This document shows, piece by piece, positions 17,841-27,083 of a DNA stretch of 64,000 bases. The notes under the pieces are model-generated. The model was given only the letters and a program-made list of their open reading frames with translations, was not told where the DNA came from and ran no database searches. The DNA is from an uncultured Pseudomonadales bacterium (GTDB taxonomy: Bacteria; Patescibacteriota; Microgenomatia; UBA1400; PJMF01): positions 159,349 to 223,348 of the forward strand of contig CAZOVA010000001.1 of assembly GCA_964583625.1 (NCBI GenBank). Direction: 5' to 3'. Numbering within the stretch: the first letter of the stretch is position 1; each line of letters opens with the position of its first letter. The translations under genes and the position numbers were made by a program.

Positions 17841-19057
17841 AAACTAAAGTTATTTTTTTTCTAGCAATTAAAGCTATTCTACTTAATAAAAGCCGATCTT
17901 TTCTGACCATGTTAGGAGTCATCATTGGTGTTTGTTCAGTGGTGCTTTTAACCAGCATTGGTAATGGTTTGCAGTTTTATATCACCGACCAGTTTAATGA
18001 TCTAGGAGCGAATCTAATTTATGTTATGCCTGGTAGTCCTTTTGGTGAGGGTGGAGGAATGGGAGGAGAGCAAGCGATTATTTCCACTACTCAACCAATT
18101 TTAAAAAAAGAACAATTTACAAAAATCATGCGTCAAAATAGAGCCTTAATCAAAAATGGATCTATTACTACCTATGCCTTGGCCAAAGCGAAAACCAATC
18201 TTACAAGTAAACAAGTGATGGTTTACGGTGTCTATGAATCTTTTGCCCAACTTTATAATTTTCCAGCCACAAGAGGAAGATGGTTTAGCAAACAAGAAAA
18301 TGAGCAAGCAGAAAGGGTAGTAGTTTTAGGTTCTGAAGCGGCAACCGAATTTTTTGGTAATATAGATCCTATCAACAAAAAAATTCAACTCAATGGTCAA
18401 AGTTATCGAATATTAGGTGTTTTAGGTGATAAAGGTGGTAGTTTTGGTGGACCAAACTTTGACAATTATATTTATTTGCCAGCAGAAAGTCTTTTAAAAT
18501 TTTTTGATACTGATTTAATTGATTCTTTTATGTTTGAAATTCGACAGAAAGAGCAAATTCCTGAAGCGATTGCTGCTATTAAAAAATTTATGAGTGTTAA
18601 TGAAAAACTGGAAGATGACGAGTTTAGTGTTTTTGATCAAACACAATTGTTGACGACGATTAATAGTATTTTAGGAGTTCTAACTTTGGGCTTGGGTGGT
18701 ATTTCCGCTATTTCCTTGGTCGTCGGTGGTATTGGCATCATGAATATTATGTTGGTGTCTGTGAGTGAAAGAACTAGAGAAATTGGTTTGCGTAAAGCCT
18801 TAGGAGCAACGCCAAATTTAATTATGCTGCAATTTTTATTTGAGGCAGCTTTATTGTCGGTTATTGGTGGCTTGATTGGTTTGCTTTTAGCTTATGGTGG
18901 TTCTTTATTAATGCAGGCCTATTTTCCAGCGAGAGTCACCTCAGATTCAGTGATTTTAGCTTTTGGTATTTCTTTGGCGGTTGGCTTAGTTTTTGGAGTA
19001 GCCCCCGCCAGAGCCGCTGCTAAACTTTCTCCAATTGAAGCTTTGCGTTACGAATAA
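17837..19057 (+). CDS. ABC transporter permease, FtsX/MacB-type (4 TM with large periplasmic loop)
   Basis: MacB_PCD-like periplasmic domain and C-terminal FtsX-like helices. ATGA overlap with the upstream ATPase. Confidence 0.85.
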   Translation: MKTKVIFFLAIKAILLNKSRSFLTMLGVIIGVCSVVLLTSIGNGLQFYITDQFNDLGANLIYVMPGSPFGEGGGMGGEQAIISTTQPILKKEQFTKIMRQNRALIKNGSITTYALAKAKTNLTSKQVMVYGVYESFAQLYNFPATRGRWFSKQENEQAERVVVLGSEAATEFFGNIDPINKKIQLNGQSYRILGVLGDKGGSFGGPNFDNYIYLPAESLLKFFDTDLIDSFMFEIRQKEQIPEAIAAIKKFMSVNEKLEDDEFSVFDQTQLLTTINSILGVLTLGLGGISAISLVVGGIGIMNIMLVSVSERTREIGLRKALGATPNLIMLQFLFEAALLSVIGGLIGLLLAYGGSLLMQAYFPARVTSDSVILAFGISLAVGLVFGVAPARAAAKLSPIEALRYE

Positions 19058-19179
19058 TTTTCTTTACTATTTGTAATTTTTCTATCATTTTTGTTTGTTA
19101 TTTTAAGGGCTAAGATGGAGAATTAGTTGCTGTAGCTAGCCAGCGTGTTTCTCTAAATATTAATTAGTAGAAAGATTTT

Positions 19180-19623
19180 ATGGCAAAAAAACCAGCTGAT
19201 CCTCAAGAAGAGGACAAAACGCAAAAAAAGGAACGTAAGGATTATACTTCTTTGAAAGCTTGGCAGAGAGGTCACGAGCTCAATCTAGCTTTGGCAGAGA
19301 TTTGTAGTGAATATGAAGCCGAATTAACAAGCAAGCCTTGGTGCAAAAAACTTAAACAAACTTTAGAAAACGCTTGTGTTTATTTAATGGAAGCTTATCG
19401 GCGTTTTCCTGTGCCAATCAAACAAAATTATTATGAGCAGGCCTTGTTTTCTATTAGCCAAGCCCAGTATATATCATTGTTGGGTCAAGAATTAGGCATT
19501 TGGGACTTGCAAGATTTTATAATCAAGTTGCAAGACTATTATAGTTTGACTACGGCCACCTTAATTAATTTTCTTGACTCTCAAAACAAGAAAAACCAGT
19601 CGGCGAAGAACCTTCAAGCATAG
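19180..19623 (+). CDS. Four-helix-bundle protein (23S rRNA intervening-sequence protein family-like)
   Basis: LKAWQRGHELNLALAEI matches the family's L.vWQkAheLal motif. 147 aa, helical. Confidence 0.45.
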   Translation: MAKKPADPQEEDKTQKKERKDYTSLKAWQRGHELNLALAEICSEYEAELTSKPWCKKLKQTLENACVYLMEAYRRFPVPIKQNYYEQALFSISQAQYISLLGQELGIWDLQDFIIKLQDYYSLTTATLINFLDSQNKKNQSAKNLQA

Positions 19624-19674
19624 TAAGTGTAATTTTATAGTTGACAAAAAAAGAAAAACAGGGTAGTGTAAAAA

Positions 19675-19708
19675 GCGCTTCTTATCTTAATTCAAAGATA
19701 GGAAGCGC
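19675..19708 (+). promoter_or_regulatory. Imperfect 12-bp inverted repeat (GCGCTTCTTATC / GATAGGAAGCGC, 10-nt loop) in the recA leader
   Basis: Located between a TTGACA promoter (19641-19646) and the recA ATG at 19742. Candidate operator or leader hairpin. Confidence 0.35.
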
Positions 19709-19741
19709 TCAACACTAACTTTTTAGAAAGGTCAAGTCTTT

Positions 19742-20803
19742 ATGGCTGATAAAAATAGTAAAAACAGTAAAATTGAGAAAATGGATAAATTAGTTGCTTC
19801 TCAAGACCAAGAAAAAAATTTGGCGGTCAGTGCGGCGATGGCTCAAATTGAAAAACAATTTGGTAAGGGAGCAATTATGAAAATGGAGGACAGCTTGAAA
19901 AACATGGCTACGGTGCCAGTAGTTTCTACTGGTTCTCTGACCTTAAATTTAGCCTTAGGTATTGGGGGTTTCCCCAAAGGAAGAATAGTAGAGGTTTATG
20001 GACCAGAAGCCTCTGGTAAAACCACTCTTTGTTTACACGCTATTGCTGATGTCCAAAAAAAAGGAGGAACCGCTGCCTTTATTGATGTAGAACACGCTTT
20101 GGATCCAGTTCGCGCCAAAGCTATTGGCGTTGATTTGAGCAAAATGCTAATTTCTCAACCAGACTATGGAGAGCAAGCTTTGGAAATTGCTGAGACGCTC
20201 ATTCGTTCTGGGGGAGTAGATATTTTAGTCATTGATTCGGTAGCAGCTTTAGTGCCAAAAAGCGAAATCGAGGGAGATATGGGTGATCCGCAAATGGGGA
20301 CTCATGCTCGGTTGATGTCGCAAGCGATGAGAAAATTAACAGCCGCAATTAATAAAACTAAAACTTTGGTGATTTTTACCAATCAAATTCGGATGAAAAT
20401 TGGAATTATGTTTGGTAACCCTGAAACTACTACTGGAGGACAAGCTCTTAAGTTTTATGCTTCCCAAAGATTGGATATTCGTAAAATTGGCAATGTCCAA
20501 GAGGGAGATAAAATCGTTGGCAGTCGCCATCGAGTGAAGGTGACAAAAAATAAGTTGGCTCCACCTTTCAGAGTGGCCGAATTTGAGATGGATCAAAACG
20601 GTATTTCCTGGGTTGGCGATCTAGTAGATGTTGGCGTAGAATATGGCCTTTTAGAAAAAAGTGGTAGCTTTTATAAACATCAAGGAGAGATTATCGGGCA
20701 AGGTAAAGAGGCGGCTAAAAAAACCCTCGCGGCTGATATTTCTTTGATGAAAGAAATTGAAAAAGGCATTTGGACGGAAATCAAAAAACGTAATAATATT
20801 TAA
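19742..20803 (+). CDS. recA: Recombinase RecA
   Basis: Walker [10 protein letters not shown], RecA L1/L2 loop signatures, 353 aa. Confidence 0.95.
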   Translation: MADKNSKNSKIEKMDKLVASQDQEKNLAVSAAMAQIEKQFGKGAIMKMEDSLKNMATVPVVSTGSLTLNLALGIGGFPKGRIVEVYGPEASGKTTLCLHAIADVQKKGGTAAFIDVEHALDPVRAKAIGVDLSKMLISQPDYGEQALEIAETLIRSGGVDILVIDSVAALVPKSEIEGDMGDPQMGTHARLMSQAMRKLTAAINKTKTLVIFTNQIRMKIGIMFGNPETTTGGQALKFYASQRLDIRKIGNVQEGDKIVGSRHRVKVTKNKLAPPFRVAEFEMDQNGISWVGDLVDVGVEYGLLEKSGSFYKHQGEIIGQGKEAAKKTLAADISLMKEIEKGIWTEIKKRNNI

Positions 20804-20888
20804 AGCTAATAGCTGTCTTATCTCAATAGTTTATTCTCTCTAGCTTAGATTGTGTTTTATTGATTGCTGTGTTAAAATTTTAAGATTA

Positions 20889-22148
20889 ATGAAAATTCAA
20901 AAAGTCAGTGAACAAGATTGGCACGGTCGGACAGTTTTAGTAAGAGTTGATTATAATGTGCCCTTAGTTTCTCAAAGAGGAAAATTGGTTGTCGGTGATC
21001 CCAGAAGAATTAAAGCGAGCTATGACACGGTCAATACTTTATTAAAAAATGGTAATAAAGTCGTATTACTAACTCATCTTGGTCGCCCCAACCCAGAGGA
21101 TTTAGTTCGTTTTTCCTTAAGACCAATTTTTGATTTTTTACAAAAAAATACAGCTTGGAATTTATTTTGGTTGGAAAACCCTCTTGATCCTAAAGCTAAA
21201 GATTTAATAGATTCTTTACCACTAAAAAGTGTTGTTTTAGTGCAAAACTTGCGCTACTTTAAGGGGGAAAAAGCCAATGATCCTGATTTTGCTTTGGCTG
21301 TTTCTAAGTTGGGAGACTGTTATGTCAATGATGCTTTTTCAGCTAGCCATCGTGCTCACGCTTCCATTGTCTCTGTCCCCAAATTAGTGCCGGCCGCCGC
21401 TGGCCTCACTCTTTTAGGTGAATTGGAAGCTTTGAGTAAAATTCTAGCACAACCCAAAAGACCGCTCATCATTATTGTGGGCGGGGCTAAAATTTCTGAC
21501 AAGATCGATTCAATAGTCAATCTCTCTAAAATCGCTGACGCGATTTTGATCGGTGGTGGGGTAGCTAATAACTTTTTTCGTGCTGTTGGTTTAGCTATTC
21601 AAAAATCATATTTACAGGACGTACCAGCAGATTTAAATAAAATTGGTCTGAGCTATGTTGATCTGGCTGGCAATATTATTGAGGACAATCTAAGTGAGCG
21701 CTTACTGAAAGATGGTTATATTCCTTTACCAAAAATTATTTATCCCGTTGATGTGATAGCTGCTACTTCTCCAGACGCTAGGAAAACGCAAATAGTGGAT
21801 TTGACTAGCGCTCAGAAGATTAGCGAAAGAGGCGAGTTGATGTATCTAGACATTGGTCCCAAAACCATTCGTCTTTATAAAGAGTTGATTAATCAAGCAA
21901 AAACTGTTTTTTGGAATGGTCCCTTAGGCTATTTTGAAAAGCCTCTTTTTGCCAAGGGAACGCAAAAAATTGCTCAAGCTACTGCTCGGGCAAAAGCTTT
22001 TAGTTTGGTGGGAGGAGGCGACACGATTGCTGCTTTAGATCGTTTTCATCAGTTGAAAGGTATTAATTATATTAGTCTAGCTGGAGGAGCGACTTTGGAA
22101 TTCTTAGCGGGTAAAAAATTACCTGGGCTAAAAATTTTAGAAAATTGA
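20889..22148 (+). CDS. pgk: Phosphoglycerate kinase (start moved to ATG 20889 from ORF-track 20850)
   Basis: N-terminal RVDYNVPL, hinge, C-terminal GGGDT and GGGA nucleotide-binding motifs. Confidence 0.9.
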   Translation: MKIQKVSEQDWHGRTVLVRVDYNVPLVSQRGKLVVGDPRRIKASYDTVNTLLKNGNKVVLLTHLGRPNPEDLVRFSLRPIFDFLQKNTAWNLFWLENPLDPKAKDLIDSLPLKSVVLVQNLRYFKGEKANDPDFALAVSKLGDCYVNDAFSASHRAHASIVSVPKLVPAAAGLTLLGELEALSKILAQPKRPLIIIVGGAKISDKIDSIVNLSKIADAILIGGGVANNFFRAVGLAIQKSYLQDVPADLNKIGLSYVDLAGNIIEDNLSERLLKDGYIPLPKIIYPVDVIAATSPDARKTQIVDLTSAQKISERGELMYLDIGPKTIRLYKELINQAKTVFWNGPLGYFEKPLFAKGTQKIAQATARAKAFSLVGGGDTIAALDRFHQLKGINYISLAGGATLEFLAGKKLPGLKILEN

Positions 22149-22365
22149 GTTTATGGACAGTGAAGGCTCTCGTTCTCTATATTACGAACAAAAAAAAGAG
22201 AATCTTAAGGAAAGTTTGATTTTCCAGTTTAGTAAAGTTCTTAGGTGGCTTTTGCAGACCGCGCTAATGGGTCTTAAGGCAATGATCAAAGCTTTAAGTG
22301 AAGCTTTGCAAATGTTCTTCCGTTTTTAGAGATTTTTTTGTTGTAGAATACAGGTATTATTGTTT

Positions 22366-22442
22366 GCGCCCATAGCTCAAGTGGTTAGAGCACCAAGCTT
22401 ATACCTTGGCGGTTCGAGGTTCGAGTCCTTGTGGGCGCACCA
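22366..22442 (+). tRNA. tRNA-Ile, anticodon TAT (UAU; decodes AUA)
   Basis: Acceptor GCGCCCA/TGGGCGC. Ile-like D-arm GCTCAAGTGGTTAGAGC. Anticodon stem CCAAG/CTTGG with loop CTTATAC. T-arm CGAGGTTCGAGTCCTTG. Discriminator A, CCA encoded. Confidence 0.85.
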
Positions 22443-22614
22443 TAACTGGATTTAAGAAATTTTTGCCTGTTTTAGTTATTGTTATAGATTTTATCTTTTA
22501 TTTTCTAAAAAGATAATGGCAAGAATTTCTGCTTAAGCTATATTGTTTAGCAGTATTAAGGGAGGAGTGAAGCGTGGAGTATTTTTAGATGAGGTTTTAA
22601 TAAAATAACAACCT

Positions 22615-23502
22615 ATGAAAAACAAATCGTTAACAGCCTATCTCATTATCATTACTTTATTAAGCATTGGCTTTATTGTTCTGATGAAAAGTTTAGGTCA
22701 ACAGGGGAATTCCTTAGCAGCTTTGTATATGCTTGGTCCAGCGCTTGCAGCCATCATAACAAGAATTTTTTTTCACAATAAAAAATTCAAGGACGCCAAC
22801 TTAAGGTTTGGAAAAGCTAAAGACTATTTTAAGTTCTGGGGCGTCTCCCTCGCTATTTCTATTTTAACAGTTGGTATTTATACTTTGCTTGGTTCTATAA
22901 GATGGGATTTATCAGGTCAAGTATTTTTAAATCAATTAGCTCAACAGTTTGCTCTTACTGGGCAAAGCATTAACGATCTTCCCCCTGGTTTTACACCACA
23001 AACGATGCTGATTATTTTTTTTATTGGTGAATTGACGATCTTCAATTTTTTACCAGGAATCATTGCTGGGTTTGGGGAAGAATTTGGTTGGCGAGGGTTA
23101 ATGTTCCCACAAATGTATAAGATTAAGCCCTGGGTTGGTTTTATTGTCGGTGGTCTAGTTTGGTATGCTTGGCACATTCCATTAACTTTTATAATTCCGC
23201 AAACACATGATTTTACTCTAACACAAACTATTTTCAATGGAATAGTTCTTGCTATCGGTTCAATCTGTACACATACTTTTTTAGCCTATGTTTATACAAA
23301 ATCTCAAAATATTTGGGTTACCTCTTTAGCGCACGCGACTTTAAATAATGTGGCCAGATCATTTGCTTATTTTATAGTTCTTCAAAACCAGCTGGGAGCG
23401 AATATTGGATTGACGATATTAATGCTAATAATTGTTGCCGCTTTATATTTTTCCAAAGAATGGCATGTTTTTGAAAACTATTTTAGTAAAAAGACGGATT
23501 AA
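22615..23502 (+). CDS. CPBP-family intramembrane metalloprotease (CAAX protease/Abi)
   Basis: EExxxR motif (GEEFGWRG) and FxxxH (WYAWHIP), HxxxN (HATLNN), 6-8 TM. Confidence 0.8.
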   Translation: MKNKSLTAYLIIITLLSIGFIVLMKSLGQQGNSLAALYMLGPALAAIITRIFFHNKKFKDANLRFGKAKDYFKFWGVSLAISILTVGIYTLLGSIRWDLSGQVFLNQLAQQFALTGQSINDLPPGFTPQTMLIIFFIGELTIFNFLPGIIAGFGEEFGWRGLMFPQMYKIKPWVGFIVGGLVWYAWHIPLTFIIPQTHDFTLTQTIFNGIVLAIGSICTHTFLAYVYTKSQNIWVTSLAHATLNNVARSFAYFIVLQNQLGANIGLTILMLIIVAALYFSKEWHVFENYFSKKTD

Positions 23503-23585
23503 AATCTTCAAGATACAGAGAAATATTTTATTTTTTAATTCTGTTGATTTTAATAAAAAACCTAATGAGTAAAAATTAAATTTAT

Positions 23586-23948
23586 TTAGTTTTCACTTTC
23601 CACTCGATCAACCACTGTTTTGCAATAAAGATATTTACTTTTATCGACTATTTTTTCCGCTAGATCTTTATTTTCGCCAGCCCGACTAGCTTCTTCATTG
23701 ACAGCTCCTAAATTTTGCCAGAGATTTTCCCCTCTTTGTGTTACATTCTTCAAACCACTACCAAAATTATCCATAAAGTTTTCTACTTGCTGTTCGTCAA
23801 CATTAAATTGCATACTTTTGCCACTTAGGCTAGCGAGAGGGAGAGAAACACAAGAACGTAGTTCTTTTTTAGTAAAAAAGTGATAGCCAAAAAATAATAC
23901 CAAAGCCAGTAAAACAATTTGCAAAATAAATCGAAAAATTTTTAACAT
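23586..23948 (-). CDS. Small N-terminally membrane-anchored hypothetical protein
   Basis: Single N-terminal TM, then a hydrophilic 95-aa domain. Immediately downstream (same strand) of the pilin-like array. Confidence 0.45.
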   Translation of the reverse strand: MLKIFRFILQIVLLALVLFFGYHFFTKKELRSCVSLPLASLSGKSMQFNVDEQQVENFMDNFGSGLKNVTQRGENLWQNLGAVNEEASRAGENKDLAEKIVDKSKYLYCKTVVDRVESEN

Positions 23949-23960
23949 ATGCGTTTTTAT

Positions 23961-24329
23961 TTAGAAACCAGGGTTGAGCTCATCAATACCTGCCACTCCT
24001 AAAACCAACTTCCACAAAGCAAAAGCAGAGGCAGTAATCAAGAGACCGATGGCAGCATAAACCATTCTGTCTCTTCCGACTGTCTTTTTACTGGTTTCTC
24101 CCGAAGAAGTGATTAGAGTGATTCCTCCCCAAATTAAAAAGAAGAGGGAAGTGACAGCTGCTCCAAAAAATATCAATTGGGCAATTTTTCCTACTAAGAT
24201 AGCCCAATTAATTGTTCCATCACTATAAATTCCGCCCGCTCCTTGGAGCAAGCTACTTCCTTCACCGCCAATTTGACCCAAAAGAACCTCATTTTCTTCA
24301 GCTTGTATGTCTTTTATTAAATTAATCAT
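23961..24329 (-). CDS. Pilin-like two-helix hairpin membrane protein, paralog 1 (TrbC/VirB2-type topology)
   Basis: ~40-aa hydrophilic N-terminus, TM1, basic loop (SSGETSKKTVGRDR), TM2, C-terminal ...ELNPGF. Shares N-terminal (L)IKDIQAEE and C-terminal LNPT motifs with the neighbours. Confidence 0.6.
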   Translation of the reverse strand: MINLIKDIQAEENEVLLGQIGGEGSSLLQGAGGIYSDGTINWAILVGKIAQLIFFGAAVTSLFFLIWGGITLITSSGETSKKTVGRDRMVYAAIGLLITASAFALWKLVLGVAGIDELNPGF

Positions 24330-24346
24330 TTTTACTCCTTTACTTT

Positions 24347-24721
24347 TTACTCAATAGTTGGGTTCAAGATAGCATCTGGACTGCCAAATAAAGCATTGCC
24401 TATCCAGCCAGCAATCATCCAAGCGGAAGCGACCAAAAGTAAACCCAAAGTGGTCCAAAGAATTCTTTTCATTTCTTCGGAAAAAACTTTTGGATCTCTT
24501 GCTCCTTGAACAATTTTTAAACCAGAAGTAATAATGGTAAAAAGAAACCAAATGCCAGCAATGACAGTTGCTAGTCCTAAGGCATTGTTGACAAAATTAA
24601 TTGGTCCTGTCAATTTCCCACCTTTTTCAATATCATCATAAGTATAGCCACCTCCTATTGGATCAATGGATCCAAAGATAGAACTTTCTGTAGCTTGAAT
24701 AGTTTTAATTAAGTTTAACAT
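24347..24721 (-). CDS. Pilin-like two-helix hairpin membrane protein, paralog 2
   Basis: Same architecture. Loop motif SGLKIVQGARDPKVFSEEMKRIL is shared nearly verbatim with paralog 3. Confidence 0.6.
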   Translation of the reverse strand: MLNLIKTIQATESSIFGSIDPIGGGYTYDDIEKGGKLTGPINFVNNALGLATVIAGIWFLFTIITSGLKIVQGARDPKVFSEEMKRILWTTLGLLLVASAWMIAGWIGNALFGSPDAILNPTIE

Positions 24722-24733
24722 ATTTTTTATTCC

Positions 24734-25405
24734 TCAAATACTGCCTCTTTCTTGTGTTTTTCCTGGCCCCTTGATAGTGGGCTTGAGTAAGAAATCTTCT
24801 TCACCATAGAAGGTTTTACTCACAAAGCCAACAATGATGTAAGCGAAAACTATTAATAATAATCCCAAAGAACTTAATAATAGACGCTTCATATTTTCTC
24901 CAAAGTTTTTTGGGTCTTTACCGCCGATGATCACTTGCACACCAGACCAAAGCATGATGATCAGTAAAATACTAGCGGTAATGATTACCAGAAAATTAAT
25001 GATTTTATTAATAAAAGGAGTAATGCCTGATAAACTTTGAAAGTCGGTGGCTGTTCCCTCTACGGGAGTGATTTGTCCATAAACATAATCACCATCTAGT
25101 GTTGGATTGACTTGATCTAAACAAAACCTAGTTTTTCTATAGGTAATTCTACCATTTTCCCTACACGAAACATTAATATCAGTATAGTTAGGATAACCAG
25201 CGCTACAATCCCCACTTTCATCAGGGCAACGAACATGGTCCTTAAGAGAGGCCGGAAAGGAAGCTGTAATTTCAGCGCAAAGATCTGGATCATCACAGTT
25301 TCTGAATGAACCCGTTCCCGTACCCTCTTCATTAAGAGAAAAGACTTTTCCATTAGCGATGAAGAAGAAAATAAATATCAATGAAAAAATAATGCTTTTT
25401 TTCAT
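24734..25405 (-). CDS. Pilin-like hairpin module fused to a signal-peptide-led Cys-rich N-terminal ectodomain, paralog 3
   Basis: Signal peptide MKKSIIFSLIFIFFFIANG. ~130-aa ectodomain with 7 Cys. C-terminal module WSGVQVIIGGKDPKNFGENMKRLL...LKPTIKG. Confidence 0.6.
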   Translation of the reverse strand: MKKSIIFSLIFIFFFIANGKVFSLNEEGTGTGSFRNCDDPDLCAEITASFPASLKDHVRCPDESGDCSAGYPNYTDINVSCRENGRITYRKTRFCLDQVNPTLDGDYVYGQITPVEGTATDFQSLSGITPFINKIINFLVIITASILLIIMLWSGVQVIIGGKDPKNFGENMKRLLLSSLGLLLIVFAYIIVGFVSKTFYGEEDFLLKPTIKGPGKTQERGSI

Positions 25406-25770
25406 AAAGCCTGGACTCCTGTAACTGTTTCAATAATTCTCACTATCCAATAAGCGGCTAACATAATCATTAAACCAATCACTCCAGTAGTCAAATATTG
25501 TCGCGTACTTTCTAGAGCTTTGGATTTATCCTTCATAAAAATCAACTTATATCCAGAAAAGAGAATTAAAGCAAAAAACAAAATACCGCCCAACATAATT
25601 AAGTTTTTAGCAATGATATTAATCATTGAGCCAGTACTACTATATACAGATCTAACTCTAGTGCCAGCAGTTTGATTGAGGAGAAAATCATTAAAATATT
25701 CATAGGTCTCACTATTGGCAGTAGGGGGGCCGATAGTGGCTTGAGCGGTAGCTTGAATAGCTTCTGTCAT
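25402..25770 (-). CDS. Pilin-like two-helix hairpin membrane protein, paralog 4 (identical to paralog 5)
   Basis: 122 aa. TM1-FSGYKLIFMKDKSK loop-TM2. ATGA-type overlaps with neighbours at both ends. Confidence 0.6.
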   Translation of the reverse strand: MTEAIQATAQATIGPPTANSETYEYFNDFLLNQTAGTRVRSVYSSTGSMINIIAKNLIMLGGILFFALILFSGYKLIFMKDKSKALESTRQYLTTGVIGLMIMLAAYWIVRIIETVTGVQAL

Positions 25771-26135
25771 AAAGCCTGGACTCCTGTAACTGTTTCAATA
25801 ATTCTCACTATCCAATAAGCGGCTAACATAATCATTAAACCAATCACTCCAGTAGTCAAATATTGTCGCGTACTTTCTAGAGCTTTGGATTTATCCTTCA
25901 TAAAAATCAACTTATATCCAGAAAAGAGAATTAAAGCAAAAAACAAAATACCGCCCAACATAATTAAGTTTTTAGCAATGATATTAATCATTGAGCCAGT
26001 ACTACTATATACAGATCTAACTCTAGTGCCAGCAGTTTGATTGAGGAGAAAATCATTAAAATATTCATAGGTCTCACTATTGGCAGTAGGGGGGCCGATA
26101 GTGGCTTGAGCGGTAGCTTGAATAGCTTCTGTCAT
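25767..26135 (-). CDS. Pilin-like two-helix hairpin membrane protein, paralog 5 (100% identical copy of paralog 4)
   Basis: Identical 122-aa translation. Part of an exact 365-bp tandem duplication. Confidence 0.55.
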   Translation of the reverse strand: MTEAIQATAQATIGPPTANSETYEYFNDFLLNQTAGTRVRSVYSSTGSMINIIAKNLIMLGGILFFALILFSGYKLIFMKDKSKALESTRQYLTTGVIGLMIMLAAYWIVRIIETVTGVQAL

Positions 26136-26224
26136 AAAGCCTGGACTCCTGTAACTGTTTCAATAATTCTCATCTTTTTAATTATATCATCTTTTACTTT
26201 TTTATACATTAAATATGCTTTTTG

Positions 26225-27022
26225 CTATTTGTTTAAGTAAAAATAAATTATTAATACCAATAATAAGCCCAAAGCGCCAATTATCAAATTTCTGCGGTCG
26301 GGGAAAGTGGTTCTATCTTTATTTTTTACTGAGATTAGTTTATAAGTGGAAAAAAGAACTAAGATAAAAAACAAAATCCCGCTGAAGAGAAGAAAATTTT
26401 TAATTGCATTATTTTCCGTCTGGCTTAGATTTTGGTTTTGAGTCGTGATTGTTTTTTCATCGTCTTTTAGTTCAAGACTGTCGTCATCATCGCTCTCTTG
26501 AGAAGCAACTAAATTAATATTAATATCAGAAATAGAGGACTCAGTGGCTGTGAGATCAGAAGTAGAAACGGGTGAGTCAGCAAAGACAATATTATTTTTA
26601 CCCACCAACTCTTGACAATTGTCGCTATCACATCTTTTTGTGTCAGCGCACCAGGTAGAAATTTGTGGACCAGTTTTAAGGCATTGATTAAAATTTAAAT
26701 TCGGATTACAGGAAAAGTCTGTTTTTTCAGTTCCATCATTAATCTTAGTTAAACATGAACCTGAGAAAAAGTCGATTGGCATCTCCATAATGGCATCCGT
26801 TTTTTGACATAAATCACTGTTCTCTTTGTATTCTCCCTCTAGTGGTGAGTCTAAAAATGAACTCTCGCAAAAAATTTTCATTTGTTCGCAATTATCCTCT
26901 CCAGAGGATTTATAACAAAGATTATATTTAAGACAGGAACAGCTATTTTCTGCTCCCACTATTGAGATTTTCACTAAATTTAGAAGAAAAATTAAAACCA
27001 AAACACTTAAAAATTTTTTCAT
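26225..27022 (-). CDS. Pilin-like hairpin module fused to signal-peptide-led Cys-rich plus acidic Ser/Asp-rich ectodomain, paralog 6
   Basis: Signal peptide. ~14 Cys in the N-terminal domain. Acidic low-complexity linker (SQESDDDDSLELKDDEK). C-terminal FSGILFFILVLFSTYKLISVKNKDR...GALGLLLVLIIY. Confidence 0.6.
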   Translation of the reverse strand: MKKFLSVLVLIFLLNLVKISIVGAENSCSCLKYNLCYKSSGEDNCEQMKIFCESSFLDSPLEGEYKENSDLCQKTDAIMEMPIDFFSGSCLTKINDGTEKTDFSCNPNLNFNQCLKTGPQISTWCADTKRCDSDNCQELVGKNNIVFADSPVSTSDLTATESSISDININLVASQESDDDDSLELKDDEKTITTQNQNLSQTENNAIKNFLLFSGILFFILVLFSTYKLISVKNKDRTTFPDRRNLIIGALGLLLVLIIYFYLNK

Positions 27023-27083
27023 TTTTACTTTTTTATATCTTTATAATCGTCTTTTCTTCTTTTATACCTTATAATAATCTCTA

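Larger units (their letters stand above)
25402..26170. repeat. Perfect tandem direct repeat, 365-bp unit x ~2.1 copies (two full gene copies plus a ~40-bp partial third copy of the unit's downstream end)
   Basis: CATAAAGCCTGGACTCCTGTAACTGTTTCAATAATTCTCA... recurs at ~25402, ~25767 and ~26131. The third copy diverges after ~40 nt. Confidence 0.85.

Noticed and set aside
22153-22329. 59-codon ORF (MDSEGSRSLYYEQKKENLKESLIF...) between pgk and tRNA-Ile
   Set aside because: Below the ORF-track threshold, no RBS-like sequence, no recognisable motif. Cannot be supported from sequence alone.
25402-26170. Possible CRISPR-like repeat array
   Set aside because: The repeat is a 365-bp protein-coding unit present ~2 times, not short 25-40-bp repeats with unique spacers. 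No cas genes in the window. It is a gene duplication.
26037-26240. 67-aa + strand ORF
   Set aside because: Antisense to the duplicated pilin-like gene and spans the repeat boundary. A by-product of AT-rich sequence, not a gene.
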